Assembly: GCA_903881515.1 (NCBI GenBank)
Contig: CAIRTN010000008.1
Span: forward strand, 1-63,398
Length of the DNA: 63,398 nucleotides
Source: an uncultured Rhodospirillales bacterium
GTDB lineage: Bacteria > Pseudomonadota > Alphaproteobacteria > Acetobacterales > Acetobacteraceae
Reading direction: 5' to 3'
The position numbers and the translations under genes were made by a program. Shown piece after piece: positions 46,289 through 54,724 of this stretch. Positions within the stretch are counted from its first letter, which is position 1, and each line of letters starts with the position of its first letter. Under the pieces are notes generated by a model. It was not told the DNA's origin and did no database searches. It saw only the letters and a program-made list of their open reading frames with translations.

Positions 46289-47956
46289 ATGCCGGCAACC
46301 CCCAGTTCGCCGCTCACCGCCGAACTCTGGCAGCGCTTGTCCGCCCTCGCCGCCCGCCCCGGCGCGCAGAATATCCGCGCCCTATTCGCCGCCGACCCGG
46401 CCCGCGCGCGCCATTTCACCGTGGCGCTCGATGACCTGACGCTGGATTTCTCCAAAACCGCGATCGACGGCACCACCCTGGTCGCCCTGCTCGACCTGGC
46501 GCGCGAGGCCGGGCTCGATGGCTTCCGCACCCGCCTGTTCGCCGGCGCGGAGGTCAACCTCACCGAACACCGCGCCGCGATGCACATGGCGCTGCGCTCG
46601 CGCGCCGATGCCGCGATGCAGGCCAGCCTGGGCGGCGTCTGGGAAAATGCCAGCCGCATCGCTGCCGATGAGCGAACCCGGATGTGCGAATTCGTCGCCG
46701 CGGTGCACAGCGGCGCCCTGCGCGGCGCCACCGGGCTCGCCTTCGACACCGTGCTGAACATCGGCATCGGCGGCAGCGACCTCGGCCCGCGCATGGTCAC
46801 CGAGGCGCTGACCGCGGTGTCCGGCGGCCAGATGCGGGCGCGCTTCCTCTCCAACGTCGACGGCCACAGCTTCGCTGCCCTGTCGCGCGACCTCGACCCG
46901 GCGCGCACTTTGGTGCTGGTCGCGTCGAAAACCTTCACCACGCTGGAGACCATGACCAACGCCCATGCCGCGCGCGACTGGCTCGCCGCCAGCCTGGGCG
47001 AGGCCGCGGTGGGCGCACATTTCGCCGCGCTGTCGACCAACGCCCGCGCCGTTGCCGGGTTCGGCATCGCCGCCGAGCGCATGTTCGGCTTCCGCGACTG
47101 GGTCGGCGGGCGCTACTCGGTCTGGTCTTCGATCGGCATGTCCGTCGCCCTCGCCGCCGGCTGGGACGCGTTCGAGGCCTTGCTCGACGGCGGGCGGGCG
47201 ATGGATGCGCATTTCCTCAGCGCCGATTTCGCCGACAACCTGCCGGTGCTGCTGGCCCTGGTCGGCATCTGGCACGCCGATATCCTCGGCTACCGCGCGC
47301 ATTGCGTGCTGGCCTATGACGACCGGCTGAAGCGGTTCCCGGCCTATCTCCAGCAGTTGGAGATGGAGAGCAACGGCAAGTCGGTCACCACGTCAGGCGC
47401 CCCGGTCTCCCACGCCACCTGCCCGGTGGTATTCGGCGAGCCCGGCACCGACGCCCAGCATAGTTTCATGCAGCTGATCCACCAGGGCACCAGCATCGTG
47501 CCGGTGGATTTCCTGCTCGCCGCTCAGCCCGACCACAGCCGCGACGCCGCACACCTGATCCTCGCCGCCAACGCCTTCGCCCAGGCCGAGGCCCTGCTCG
47601 CCGGCCGCACGCTCGCCGATGTCCAGGCCGAAATGCGCGCCAAGGGCGCCACCGACGCCGAGATCGCCGCCATCGCGCCGCACCGGGTGTTCTCCGGAAA
47701 CCGGCCGAGCAACATGATCCTGTTCCGCCGGCTCGATGCCTTCACCCTCGGCCGGCTGATCGCGCTCTACGAGCACAAGGTGGCGGTACAGGGCTTCCTG
47801 TGGGGCATCAACAGCTTCGACCAATGGGGCGTGGAACTCGGCAAGGTGCTGGCCGGCGGCCTGCTGCCGGCGCTCTCCGGTGCTGCGGCAGGGCTGCATG
47901 ACGGCTCGACCACCGCGCTGATCGCCCGCTTTCACGCGCTGCGCGGCCAGCGTTAA
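46289..47956 (+). CDS. pgi: glucose-6-phosphate isomerase
   Basis: IGIGGSDLGP, SKTFTT.ET, and the C-terminal GINSFDQWGVELGK signature. Confidence 0.93.
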   Translation: MPATPSSPLTAELWQRLSALAARPGAQNIRALFAADPARARHFTVALDDLTLDFSKTAIDGTTLVALLDLAREAGLDGFRTRLFAGAEVNLTEHRAAMHMALRSRADAAMQASLGGVWENASRIAADERTRMCEFVAAVHSGALRGATGLAFDTVLNIGIGGSDLGPRMVTEALTAVSGGQMRARFLSNVDGHSFAALSRDLDPARTLVLVASKTFTTLETMTNAHAARDWLAASLGEAAVGAHFAALSTNARAVAGFGIAAERMFGFRDWVGGRYSVWSSIGMSVALAAGWDAFEALLDGGRAMDAHFLSADFADNLPVLLALVGIWHADILGYRAHCVLAYDDRLKRFPAYLQQLEMESNGKSVTTSGAPVSHATCPVVFGEPGTDAQHSFMQLIHQGTSIVPVDFLLAAQPDHSRDAAHLILAANAFAQAEALLAGRTLADVQAEMRAKGATDAEIAAIAPHRVFSGNRPSNMILFRRLDAFTLGRLIALYEHKVAVQGFLWGINSFDQWGVELGKVLAGGLLPALSGAAAGLHDGSTTALIARFHALRGQR

Positions 47957-48030
47957 GAAATTTCTGGGGTCTTGCTGCTGGAGTGTGGTCTGTGTGATCG
48001 CCTGATCACCGTCCCCGTTGGATTCGCGCC

Positions 48031-49791
48031 ATGACCGCCCGCATCCGCCTGCTGTCCGAGAACACCATCAATCGCATCGCCGCCGGCGAGGTGATCGAGC
48101 GGCCGGCCGCTGCCCTGCGCGAGCTGGTGGAAAACGCGCTCGACGCCGGGGCCGGGCGCATTTCCGTCGCCATCGACGGCGGCGGGATCGACCGGATCGA
48201 GGTCACCGATGACGGCATCGGCATGTCGGCCGAAGACCTCGCGATGGCGGTGCAGCGCCACGCCACCTCGAAGCTCGACGACGAGGCGCTGATCCGCATC
48301 ACCACTCTGGGCTTCCGTGGCGAGGCGCTGCCGAGCATCGGGGCGGCGGCACGGCTCGCGATCACCTCGCGCCCGCGCGCCGGCGGCGACGCCCATACCA
48401 TCAGTGTCGAAGGCGGCGCGGTCAGCGCGGTTTCCCCCGCCGCCGGCGCGGTTGGCACACGCGTGGTGGTGCGAGACCTGTTCTTCGCCACCCCCGCCCG
48501 GCGCAAATTCCTCAAATCCGCCCGCGCCGAGGCCGAAGCCGCCGCCGGCGCGGTCCGCCGCCTGGCCTTCGCCGCGCCAGGGGTGGCGTTCCGGCTCGAA
48601 ATCGACGGCCGGGTGGAGTTCGATCTGCCGGCGCAGCCGCTGGCCGCCCGGGTCTCGGCCTTGCTGGGTGCCGACACCGCAGCCTCCCTGCTGAACGTCA
48701 ACGCCACCCGCGGCGACCTGGCGCTGACCGGCTTTGCCGGCGCGCCCACCGCCACACGCGCCAGCGCCGCGGCACAGACCCTGATCGTCAACGGCCGCCC
48801 GGTGACCGACCCGGTGCTGCGCACCGCCGTGCGCGTGGCCTATCGCGACGTGATCATGCCCGGGCGGCATCCGGTGGTGGTGCTGTTCCTCACCGTGCCG
48901 GCAGATGCGCTGGATGTGAACGTGCACCCGGCCAAGGCCGAGGTGCGGTTCCAGGACAGCGACGCCGTGCGTTCGCTGGTGATCGGCGGTCTCGGCCGTG
49001 CGCTGTCGGGCGGCGCCGGCGAAGTGGCCGCCCCGGTCGGAATGCGGCCGCAGGGATCGCGGATGACGCTGTATCCGCCCCGCCCGCCACAGCCGCAGCC
49101 GCAGGCCTTTGCCGAGGCACGCCTGGCGTTCGACACCGCCCCCGCCGCCCGCGTGCTACCGCCGCCCGACCGCTACCACGGTCCCTTCACCCCGCCGGCG
49201 GCGCGCGAATTCCCGCTCGGCGCGCCGGTGGCGCAGGTGCTCGACACCTACATCATCGCCGTCGCCGCCGATGGCAGTCTGGTACTGGTCGATCAGCACG
49301 CCGCGCATGAACGGCTGACGCAGGAGGAATTGCGCACCCAGGCCGAGGACGGCGGCGTGCGCAGCCAGCCCCTGCTGCTCCCCGGCGTGGTTGACCTGCC
49401 GCCCGCCGACGCCGCGCGCCTGCTGGCGCATGCCACGGAACTGACTGCCTTGGGCCTGGAAATCGAAGCGTTCGGCCCCGGCGCCATCCTGGTCCGCGCC
49501 CTGCCGGCAGCACTCGGCGCGCCCGACCCTGGCCCCTTGCTGCGCGATCTGGCCGACGAACTGGCCGAAATGGGCGAGACCACGGCCTTGGCCGCACGGC
49601 TCGATTCCGTGCTGGCCCGCATGGCCTGCCACGGCAGCATCCGCGCCGGCCGCCGGCTGGCCGGGCCGGAGATGGACGCGCTGCTGCGCCGCATGGAAGC
49701 CACCCCGCGGGCGGCAACCTGCAGCCACGGCCGGCCGACCTTCCTGAAGCTGTCCCGCGCCGAGATCGAGCGTCTGTTCGGCCGGCGTTGA
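48031..49791 (+). CDS. mutL: DNA mismatch repair protein MutL
   Basis: INRIAAGEVIERPAAALRELVENALDAG GHKL ATPase N-terminus. C-terminal ACHGSIRAGR...CSHGRPT endonuclease-type motifs. Confidence 0.93.
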   Translation: MTARIRLLSENTINRIAAGEVIERPAAALRELVENALDAGAGRISVAIDGGGIDRIEVTDDGIGMSAEDLAMAVQRHATSKLDDEALIRITTLGFRGEALPSIGAAARLAITSRPRAGGDAHTISVEGGAVSAVSPAAGAVGTRVVVRDLFFATPARRKFLKSARAEAEAAAGAVRRLAFAAPGVAFRLEIDGRVEFDLPAQPLAARVSALLGADTAASLLNVNATRGDLALTGFAGAPTATRASAAAQTLIVNGRPVTDPVLRTAVRVAYRDVIMPGRHPVVVLFLTVPADALDVNVHPAKAEVRFQDSDAVRSLVIGGLGRALSGGAGEVAAPVGMRPQGSRMTLYPPRPPQPQPQAFAEARLAFDTAPAARVLPPPDRYHGPFTPPAAREFPLGAPVAQVLDTYIIAVAADGSLVLVDQHAAHERLTQEELRTQAEDGGVRSQPLLLPGVVDLPPADAARLLAHATELTALGLEIEAFGPGAILVRALPAALGAPDPGPLLRDLADELAEMGETTALAARLDSVLARMACHGSIRAGRRLAGPEMDALLRRMEATPRAATCSHGRPTFLKLSRAEIERLFGRR

Positions 49792-49844
49792 CAGACGATG
49801 GCCGGTGATCTCTATCGTTGCAGCAACGGGAGAGGACTGCGCCG

Positions 49845-50198
49845 ATGAGCGCTGCGATGGGGCTTCAGCCCGGCATGCGGCTGAAGAACGACATGGTGCT
49901 GAGCCGGGCTTGGCTGCCATTCGCGGTCTGGCTGGTGGTTTCCATCTGCACCTTCGGCCTGGGCTGGCTGATCGTCAGCGGGCATTTCTTCAAGTTCGTG
50001 ATCAACGAAACCTATATCGTCGATGCCAAGGGCGAGCGGCTGGGCCGGCTGGCCTGCAATTACGACGTCGAGGATTCGATGGGACAGGTCGGGCTCTGGC
50101 TCGTCGCCTCGATCGTTACGCTTGGCGTCGCATTGCTGTTTTACAGCTTTTATGCCGCCCGCGCGGCGCTGAATGCGACCGAAATCGAATGGTTCTAG
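49845..50198 (+). CDS. small two-TM membrane protein of unknown function
   Basis: Internal ATG 49845 after GGGAGAGG. Two hydrophobic helices (AWLPFAVWLVVSICTFGLGWLIV and VGLWLVASIVTLGVALLFYSF). Confidence 0.5.
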   Translation: MSAAMGLQPGMRLKNDMVLSRAWLPFAVWLVVSICTFGLGWLIVSGHFFKFVINETYIVDAKGERLGRLACNYDVEDSMGQVGLWLVASIVTLGVALLFYSFYAARAALNATEIEWF

Positions 50199-50740
50199 GC
50201 GGGCTGTAGCCGGAAGATGCTGACCCTGGCCGCCCCGTAAACGCGTTCGTCGAGCGGTTCGCCGAATTCCGGCGGCTCGTCGGACCGCGCTGTTTCGGTG
50301 ACCAGGATGGTGCCATCGGCCAGCCAGCCTTGCCGGCGCAGGGCGGCGACGGCGGGTTCAAGCAGATCGGAGGCATAGGGCGGGTCAAGAAAAGCCAGCG
50401 AGCAGGCCTTGCCGCGCGGCGGTTTGCTGGCATCGCCGTGGATGGTGGCATGGGCGCGGAACGAGGCGATGTTGGATCGCAGGGCGGCCAGCGCTCCGGG
50501 ATCGGTTTCGAAGAAATGGCCGTGTGCGGCGCCGCGGGAGAGGGCTTCGAGGCCAAGGGCGCCGGTGCCGGCGAAGCCGTCGAGCACCTGGGCGCCGACC
50601 ACCAGGTCGCGCCCGCCCCAGGGGGCGTGGAACAGCATATCGAACAGCGCCTGACGCGCGCGATCGGCGGTCGGGCGCGTGGCGTTGCCGGCGGGGGCGG
50701 CGAGGTTGCGGCCCTTCCAGGCGCCTGCGACGATTCTCAT
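50195..50740 (-). CDS. rsmD: 16S rRNA (guanine966-N2)-methyltransferase
   Basis: MRIVAGAWKGRNL..P.G..TRPT.DR.RQALFDML and LDPPY motifs. Confidence 0.88.
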   Translation of the reverse strand: MRIVAGAWKGRNLAAPAGNATRPTADRARQALFDMLFHAPWGGRDLVVGAQVLDGFAGTGALGLEALSRGAAHGHFFETDPGALAALRSNIASFRAHATIHGDASKPPRGKACSLAFLDPPYASDLLEPAVAALRRQGWLADGTILVTETARSDEPPEFGEPLDERVYGAARVSIFRLQPA

Positions 50741-51477
50741 GAGCGGGGCAGCTGTTCTTTCAGCACCTTACCCGGCACTTCCTCGACCTCGCCGGGGTCG
50801 AGATGGCCAAGCTGGAACGGGCCGTAGGCGACGCGGATCAGCCGGCTGACGCGGTAGCCGAGATGCTGCATCACCTTGCGGATTTCGCGGTTGCGGCCTT
50901 CCTTCAGCGCCACGGTCAGCCAGCAATTATCGCCCTTGCGGCTGTCCAGCCCGGCTTCGATCGGCTCATAGCGGATGCCGTCGATGGTCACGCCGTTCGC
51001 CAGAGACGCCAGCGCACCCTGGTCCACCGCGCCGAACACCCGCACCCGGTAGCGCCGGATCCAGCCATTGGCCGGCAGCTCCAGCTGGCGGGCGAGCCCG
51101 CCATCGTTGGTCAGCAGCAACAGGCCTTCGGAGTTCAGATCCAGCCGCCCGACGCTGACCACGCGCGGCAGATGCGGCGGCAGTTTCTGGAACACGGTGG
51201 GCCGGTCTTCGGGATCGCGATGCGTGGTCACCAGGCCTTCGGGCTTGTGGTAGCGCCACAGCCGGGTGCGTTCCGGCGCATCCAGCAGCTTGCCGTCAAG
51301 CTGCACCAGATCGCCCGGGGTCACGAAAGTGGCGGGATGGGTGACCACGGCGTTGTTCAGCTTCACCCGGCCTTCGGTGATGAAGCGTTCAACGTCGCGC
51401 CGGCTGGCGCCGCCGGCGCGCGCGATCCATTTGGCGATACGCTCGCCCGACGGGGGGGCGGGGGGGGTGTCGCTCAT
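50737..51477 (-). CDS. pseudouridine synthase, RsuA/RluB family (S4 domain plus catalytic domain)
   Basis: S4 domain RIAKWIARAGGASRRDVERFI. Catalytic GRLDLNSEGLLLLTNDG. Start set at ATG 51477, overlapping the upstream stop (ATGA). Confidence 0.85.
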   Translation of the reverse strand: MSDTPPAPPSGERIAKWIARAGGASRRDVERFITEGRVKLNNAVVTHPATFVTPGDLVQLDGKLLDAPERTRLWRYHKPEGLVTTHRDPEDRPTVFQKLPPHLPRVVSVGRLDLNSEGLLLLTNDGGLARQLELPANGWIRRYRVRVFGAVDQGALASLANGVTIDGIRYEPIEAGLDSRKGDNCWLTVALKEGRNREIRKVMQHLGYRVSRLIRVAYGPFQLGHLDPGEVEEVPGKVLKEQLPRS

Positions 51478-52190
51478 ATCGCCGCCATCAGGGCTTGGAA
51501 GATGCGGGCGTCGCCCTGGTCGATATGGAATTCCGGGTGCCACTGCACGCCAAGGCAGAATTTGTAGCGCGGGTCCTCGATGCCCTCGATCACGCCGTCG
51601 GCGGCGACGGCATCGACGATGGCGTGCGGGCCCGGGGTGGCGACGGCCTGGTGATGCGAGGAGTTCACGTGCATTTCGGTGGCGCCGACGATGCGGTGCA
51701 GCAGCGTGCCCGGGGTGACGGTAACGGCGTGGCCGGCCTCGTCGCGCGGGTTGGGCTGCTCGTGGGCCAGCGCGTTCGGCACCGCGTCGGGAATATGCTG
51801 GATCAGCGTGCCGCCGAGCGCGACGGCCAGCAGTTGCTGCCCGCCGCAGATGCCAAGCACCGGCATATTGCGCGCCAGTGCGCCGCGCAGCAGGGCGAGT
51901 TCGGCCGCGGTGCGGCCTTGCTTCAAGGTGACTTTCTCGTGCCGGTCGTCAACGCCGTACAGCGCGGGATCGACATCGAAGGCGCCGCCGGTCACCACCA
52001 GGGCGGAGATCCGGTCGAGATAGGCTTCGGCCAGATCGGCGTTGTGCGGCAGCGCCACCGGCAGCCCGCCGGCCGCGGCGATGGCGTCCATATAGTTGGT
52101 GCGCAGCGCGTACCAGGGGAATTTGGAGTAGCCGCCGGGCTTTTCCGCATCCAGGGTGACGCCGACGACGGGGATTTTGCCTGTGTTCAT
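51474..52190 (-). CDS. gamma-glutamyl-GABA hydrolase-like class I glutamine amidotransferase (peptidase C26)
   Basis: GICGGQQLL nucleophile elbow and a VQWHPE His motif. Confidence 0.8.
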   Translation of the reverse strand: MNTGKIPVVGVTLDAEKPGGYSKFPWYALRTNYMDAIAAAGGLPVALPHNADLAEAYLDRISALVVTGGAFDVDPALYGVDDRHEKVTLKQGRTAAELALLRGALARNMPVLGICGGQQLLAVALGGTLIQHIPDAVPNALAHEQPNPRDEAGHAVTVTPGTLLHRIVGATEMHVNSSHHQAVATPGPHAIVDAVAADGVIEGIEDPRYKFCLGVQWHPEFHIDQGDARIFQALMAAI

Positions 52191-52234
52191 GCCTCTCTCT
52201 AGGCGCGCAGGCCCGTTCGGGGCAAGAAGCAGGC

Positions 52235-52714
52235 ATGAACCCGATGGAATCAGCCCTGGAACAGGCGCGTGCGGCGGCCGAAAACGGCGAGGTGCCGGTG
52301 GGCGCGGTCGTGGTTGCGGCCGATGGCACGGTGCTGGCGGCGGCAGGCAACCGCACCGAGCGCGACCATGACGCGGCGGCGCATGCCGAGTTGCTCGCGC
52401 TGCGCGCGGCAGCGGCGGCGCGCGGCAGCGCCAGGCTGCCGGACTGCGATCTGTATGTGACGCTGGAGCCTTGCCCGATGTGCGCGGCGGCGATCGGGCT
52501 GTTCCGTATCCGCCGGGTGGTGTTCGCCGCCTACGACCCGAAGGGTGGCGGGGTCGAACACGGCCCGAGGATCTACCAGGCCCCCGGCGCGCAACATCGC
52601 CCCGAGGTGGTGGGCGGCGTGCGCGAGCGCGAGGCGGTGGCGCTGTTGCGGGGGTTTTTCAAAGGGTTACGCGCCGACCGCCAGGCCCAACCGCCAGATG
52701 CAAAAAATAAATGA
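52235..52714 (+). CDS. tadA: tRNA adenosine(34) deaminase
   Basis: HAE...LYVTLEPCPMCAAAI CDA zinc motifs. 159 aa. Confidence 0.9.
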   Translation: MNPMESALEQARAAAENGEVPVGAVVVAADGTVLAAAGNRTERDHDAAAHAELLALRAAAAARGSARLPDCDLYVTLEPCPMCAAAIGLFRIRRVVFAAYDPKGGGVEHGPRIYQAPGAQHRPEVVGGVREREAVALLRGFFKGLRADRQAQPPDAKNK

Positions 52715-52733
52715 CTTTTATTGTTTTTTTCAC

Positions 52734-52762
52734 TTGCCTTTTCCGGCGCAGTTAGATAGAAC
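52734..52762 (+). promoter_or_regulatory. sigma70-like promoter of orphan cassette copy B (-35 TTGCCT, 17-nt spacer, -10 TAGAAC)
   Basis: TTGCCT at 52734-52739 and TAGAAC at 52757-52762, preceded by A6/T7 tracts. The -10 ends 7 nt before the ATG at 52770 and there is no SD. The geometry matches copy A. Confidence 0.5.
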
Positions 52763-52769
52763 ATCGGAC

Positions 52770-53297
52770 ATGAAAACATTCACACAGCTTCTCAACGGTC
52801 TGAAAGGTACCCTCCTGCAAAACGCGTGGCGCAACATCGCCGCGCTTCCCGCCCTGATTCTGTTCTGGCTGAGCATGAAGCGCCTCGCCGACAGTCTCGA
52901 TCTGCTGTTCACCGCCTGGCGCTCCGGCACGCTGCCCGTAGCTCCGGCCGCGCCCGCCCCGCCCGTCACATCATCGCCGCGCCCGCACCGCCCCGGTCGA
53001 TCGCGTACCCCGCGCGCGCCCTCGCCGCCCACGGCCCGTACGCCGCCATCCCGCGTACCGGCCACGGCCCCCGCACGCCCTCGGCGTCCCAAGCGGGCCC
53101 CCGCAGCCACAGCCCTGCCCTGGGCCGTCTTCGCTCCGTCCGCGACATTGTCTCAAAAATGCGACATTTTGGCTTGCTGGTGGATGCACGCTCTATTTGT
53201 TACGTATTCGCATCAATTAAGCCAGGCCGCCAATATCCCACCCGGCGCCAGCACCAGAAACGCCCAGACCGGCGCCGACAGCCAGTTGGCCGCCTGA
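52770..53297 (+). CDS. orphan protein, copy B: conserved N-terminal domain plus Pro/Arg-rich tail (3' end uncertain)
   Basis: Internal ATG of ORF 52545..53297. MKTFTQLLNGLK...LPALILFWLSM...LDLLFTAWRSGTLP is paralogous to 2637..3104. The frame runs through the conserved 3' element and 85 nt into convergent dedA, so the true stop may differ. Confidence 0.5.
   Translation: MKTFTQLLNGLKGTLLQNAWRNIAALPALILFWLSMKRLADSLDLLFTAWRSGTLPVAPAAPAPPVTSSPRPHRPGRSRTPRAPSPPTARTPPSRVPATAPARPRRPKRAPAATALPWAVFAPSATLSQKCDILACWWMHALFVTYSHQLSQAANIPPGASTRNAQTGADSQLAA
53187..53221. repeat. conserved AT-rich 3' element of cassette copy B (TTGTT-N10-ATCAA)
   Basis: GCACGCTCTATTTGTTACGTATTCGCATCAATTAAG is about 75% identical to 3104-3138. 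It overlaps the dedA stop codon (53213-53215). Confidence 0.5.
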
Positions 53298-53770
53298 AAT
53301 TTCCACCTGGGCATCTCGAAAATCCCGCACAGCAACGGCACGGTGGCTCGCAACGGGCTGAAAAACCGGCAGAACACCACCGACAGCACGCCCCATCTGC
53401 GAAAGAACAGCTCGGCCCGCGGCAGCATCTCCGGATAACGGCTGAACGGCCACAACCGATGCGCCCGGTCCTTCACGTACCAGCCAATCGCGAACGACAC
53501 CCAATCCCCCAGCGCAGCCCCCAGCGAGATCGCCAGCCAGATCGGCACAAACGGCAGCCCCGCCGCCCCGATCAACCCGCCCAGCACCAGCACCGTCACC
53601 GTGGTCGGCAAAAACAGCGACACGAAGGCCAGCGCCTTGATGAACGCGAACAGAAACGCGATCGGCACCGACCAGGCCTGATGCGCCTGCACAAAGCCGA
53701 TCAGCGCCGTCCCGGCGTCCAGCAGGACGTTCACCTCAGAAGGTCGGCCGGCGATGAAAGCCCGGCTCAT
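53213..53770 (-). CDS. DedA family membrane protein
   Basis: LGDWVSFAIGW...RFFSPLRATVPLLCG pattern of the DedA/SNARE-associated family. The alternative GTG start at 53734 would remove the 35-nt overlap with acyP. Confidence 0.8.
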   Translation of the reverse strand: MSRAFIAGRPSEVNVLLDAGTALIGFVQAHQAWSVPIAFLFAFIKALAFVSLFLPTTVTVLVLGGLIGAAGLPFVPIWLAISLGAALGDWVSFAIGWYVKDRAHRLWPFSRYPEMLPRAELFFRRWGVLSVVFCRFFSPLRATVPLLCGIFEMPRWKFQAANWLSAPVWAFLVLAPGGILAAWLN

Positions 53771-54011
53771 CCGGCGGCTCCGACAGGTCTTCCTCGATAT
53801 GCGTCACCTGCGCCAACGGCGGCCCCCGCCGGCACAGCCGCAGCAATTCCTGCAGGCTGGCCTCGTCGCCATCCACCACCGCCTCCACCGTTCCATCCAC
53901 CCTGTTGCGCACCCACCCGTCCAGCCCCAGCTTCCGCGCCCTGGACATCATCCAATCCCGGTAGCCAACCCCCTGCACCCGGCCCGAAATCACCAGACGC
54001 CGCGCGGTCAT
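53736..54011 (-). CDS. acyP: acylphosphatase
   Basis: 91 aa with the VSGRVQGVGYR signature. ATGA overlap with the upstream gene. Confidence 0.88.
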   Translation of the reverse strand: MTARRLVISGRVQGVGYRDWMMSRARKLGLDGWVRNRVDGTVEAVVDGDEASLQELLRLCRRGPPLAQVTHIEEDLSEPPDEPGFHRRPTF

Positions 54012-54724
54012 GCGCCGGCCTGATGCACCAGATCGAGCATCCGCCCGGCATCGGCGATATCGGTGCCGACATGCGCCCGCCGAGTCGCGGCCTGCTCGTC
54101 ATGCCCCCAAAGACTGGCCTGATAGGTCTCATCCAGATGCGCCAGCGCATGCGCCGCCGCGGCATCGATCGCCCGATCCGCCAGCGCCAGGCCCAGCACC
54201 AGGCTCCCCAGCGCCGGCACCACGATCCCCAACGCCGCCAGCGCCAACGGCGGCCGTCCCGCCACCGCAGTAGCCAACGCCGCCAACGCCTGCGGCGTCT
54301 GCGCGATATGCATCAACCCGGTGGTCACCTGAAGCTGCGCGCCATAATTCCGCTCCGCCCAATCCAGCCAGGGCTGCCATTCCCGATGCTGCCACTCGGT
54401 CAGCGAAGGCGGGGTATCGGCGCGGTAGCACAGCAGATCGCTCTCCCCGTAACGCGCCAGTTCCAGCGCCACTGGCTCGGGATCAGGCGCAATCCGCTCC
54501 TGCGCCGTTCCCGCGATCCGGGTCAGCGGCACATCGGCATAGGTCATCTCGCCATCCTTCGCCCCGCCGGCGGCGCGCCATTCCGCGGCAATCGCCTGCG
54601 CGACATTGCGATACGGCACGCTCAGCTTCGTCCCCCCCGGCAGCCGCATCGGCCTGCCATCCAGCAGCACCTGCCAGTCCTCACCGTCCGCCGTGGCGAT
54701 GGCATCATCCCAGAAGCGCTTCAT
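54008..54724 (-). CDS. ATP12 family F1-ATPase assembly chaperone
   Basis: Internal ATG 54724 (MKRFWDDA...LLDGRPMRLPGG..L.VP...A.AIAAEW), overlapping the asmA stop (ATGA). Confidence 0.8.
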   Translation of the reverse strand: MKRFWDDAIATADGEDWQVLLDGRPMRLPGGTKLSVPYRNVAQAIAAEWRAAGGAKDGEMTYADVPLTRIAGTAQERIAPDPEPVALELARYGESDLLCYRADTPPSLTEWQHREWQPWLDWAERNYGAQLQVTTGLMHIAQTPQALAALATAVAGRPPLALAALGIVVPALGSLVLGLALADRAIDAAAAHALAHLDETYQASLWGHDEQAATRRAHVGTDIADAGRMLDLVHQAGA

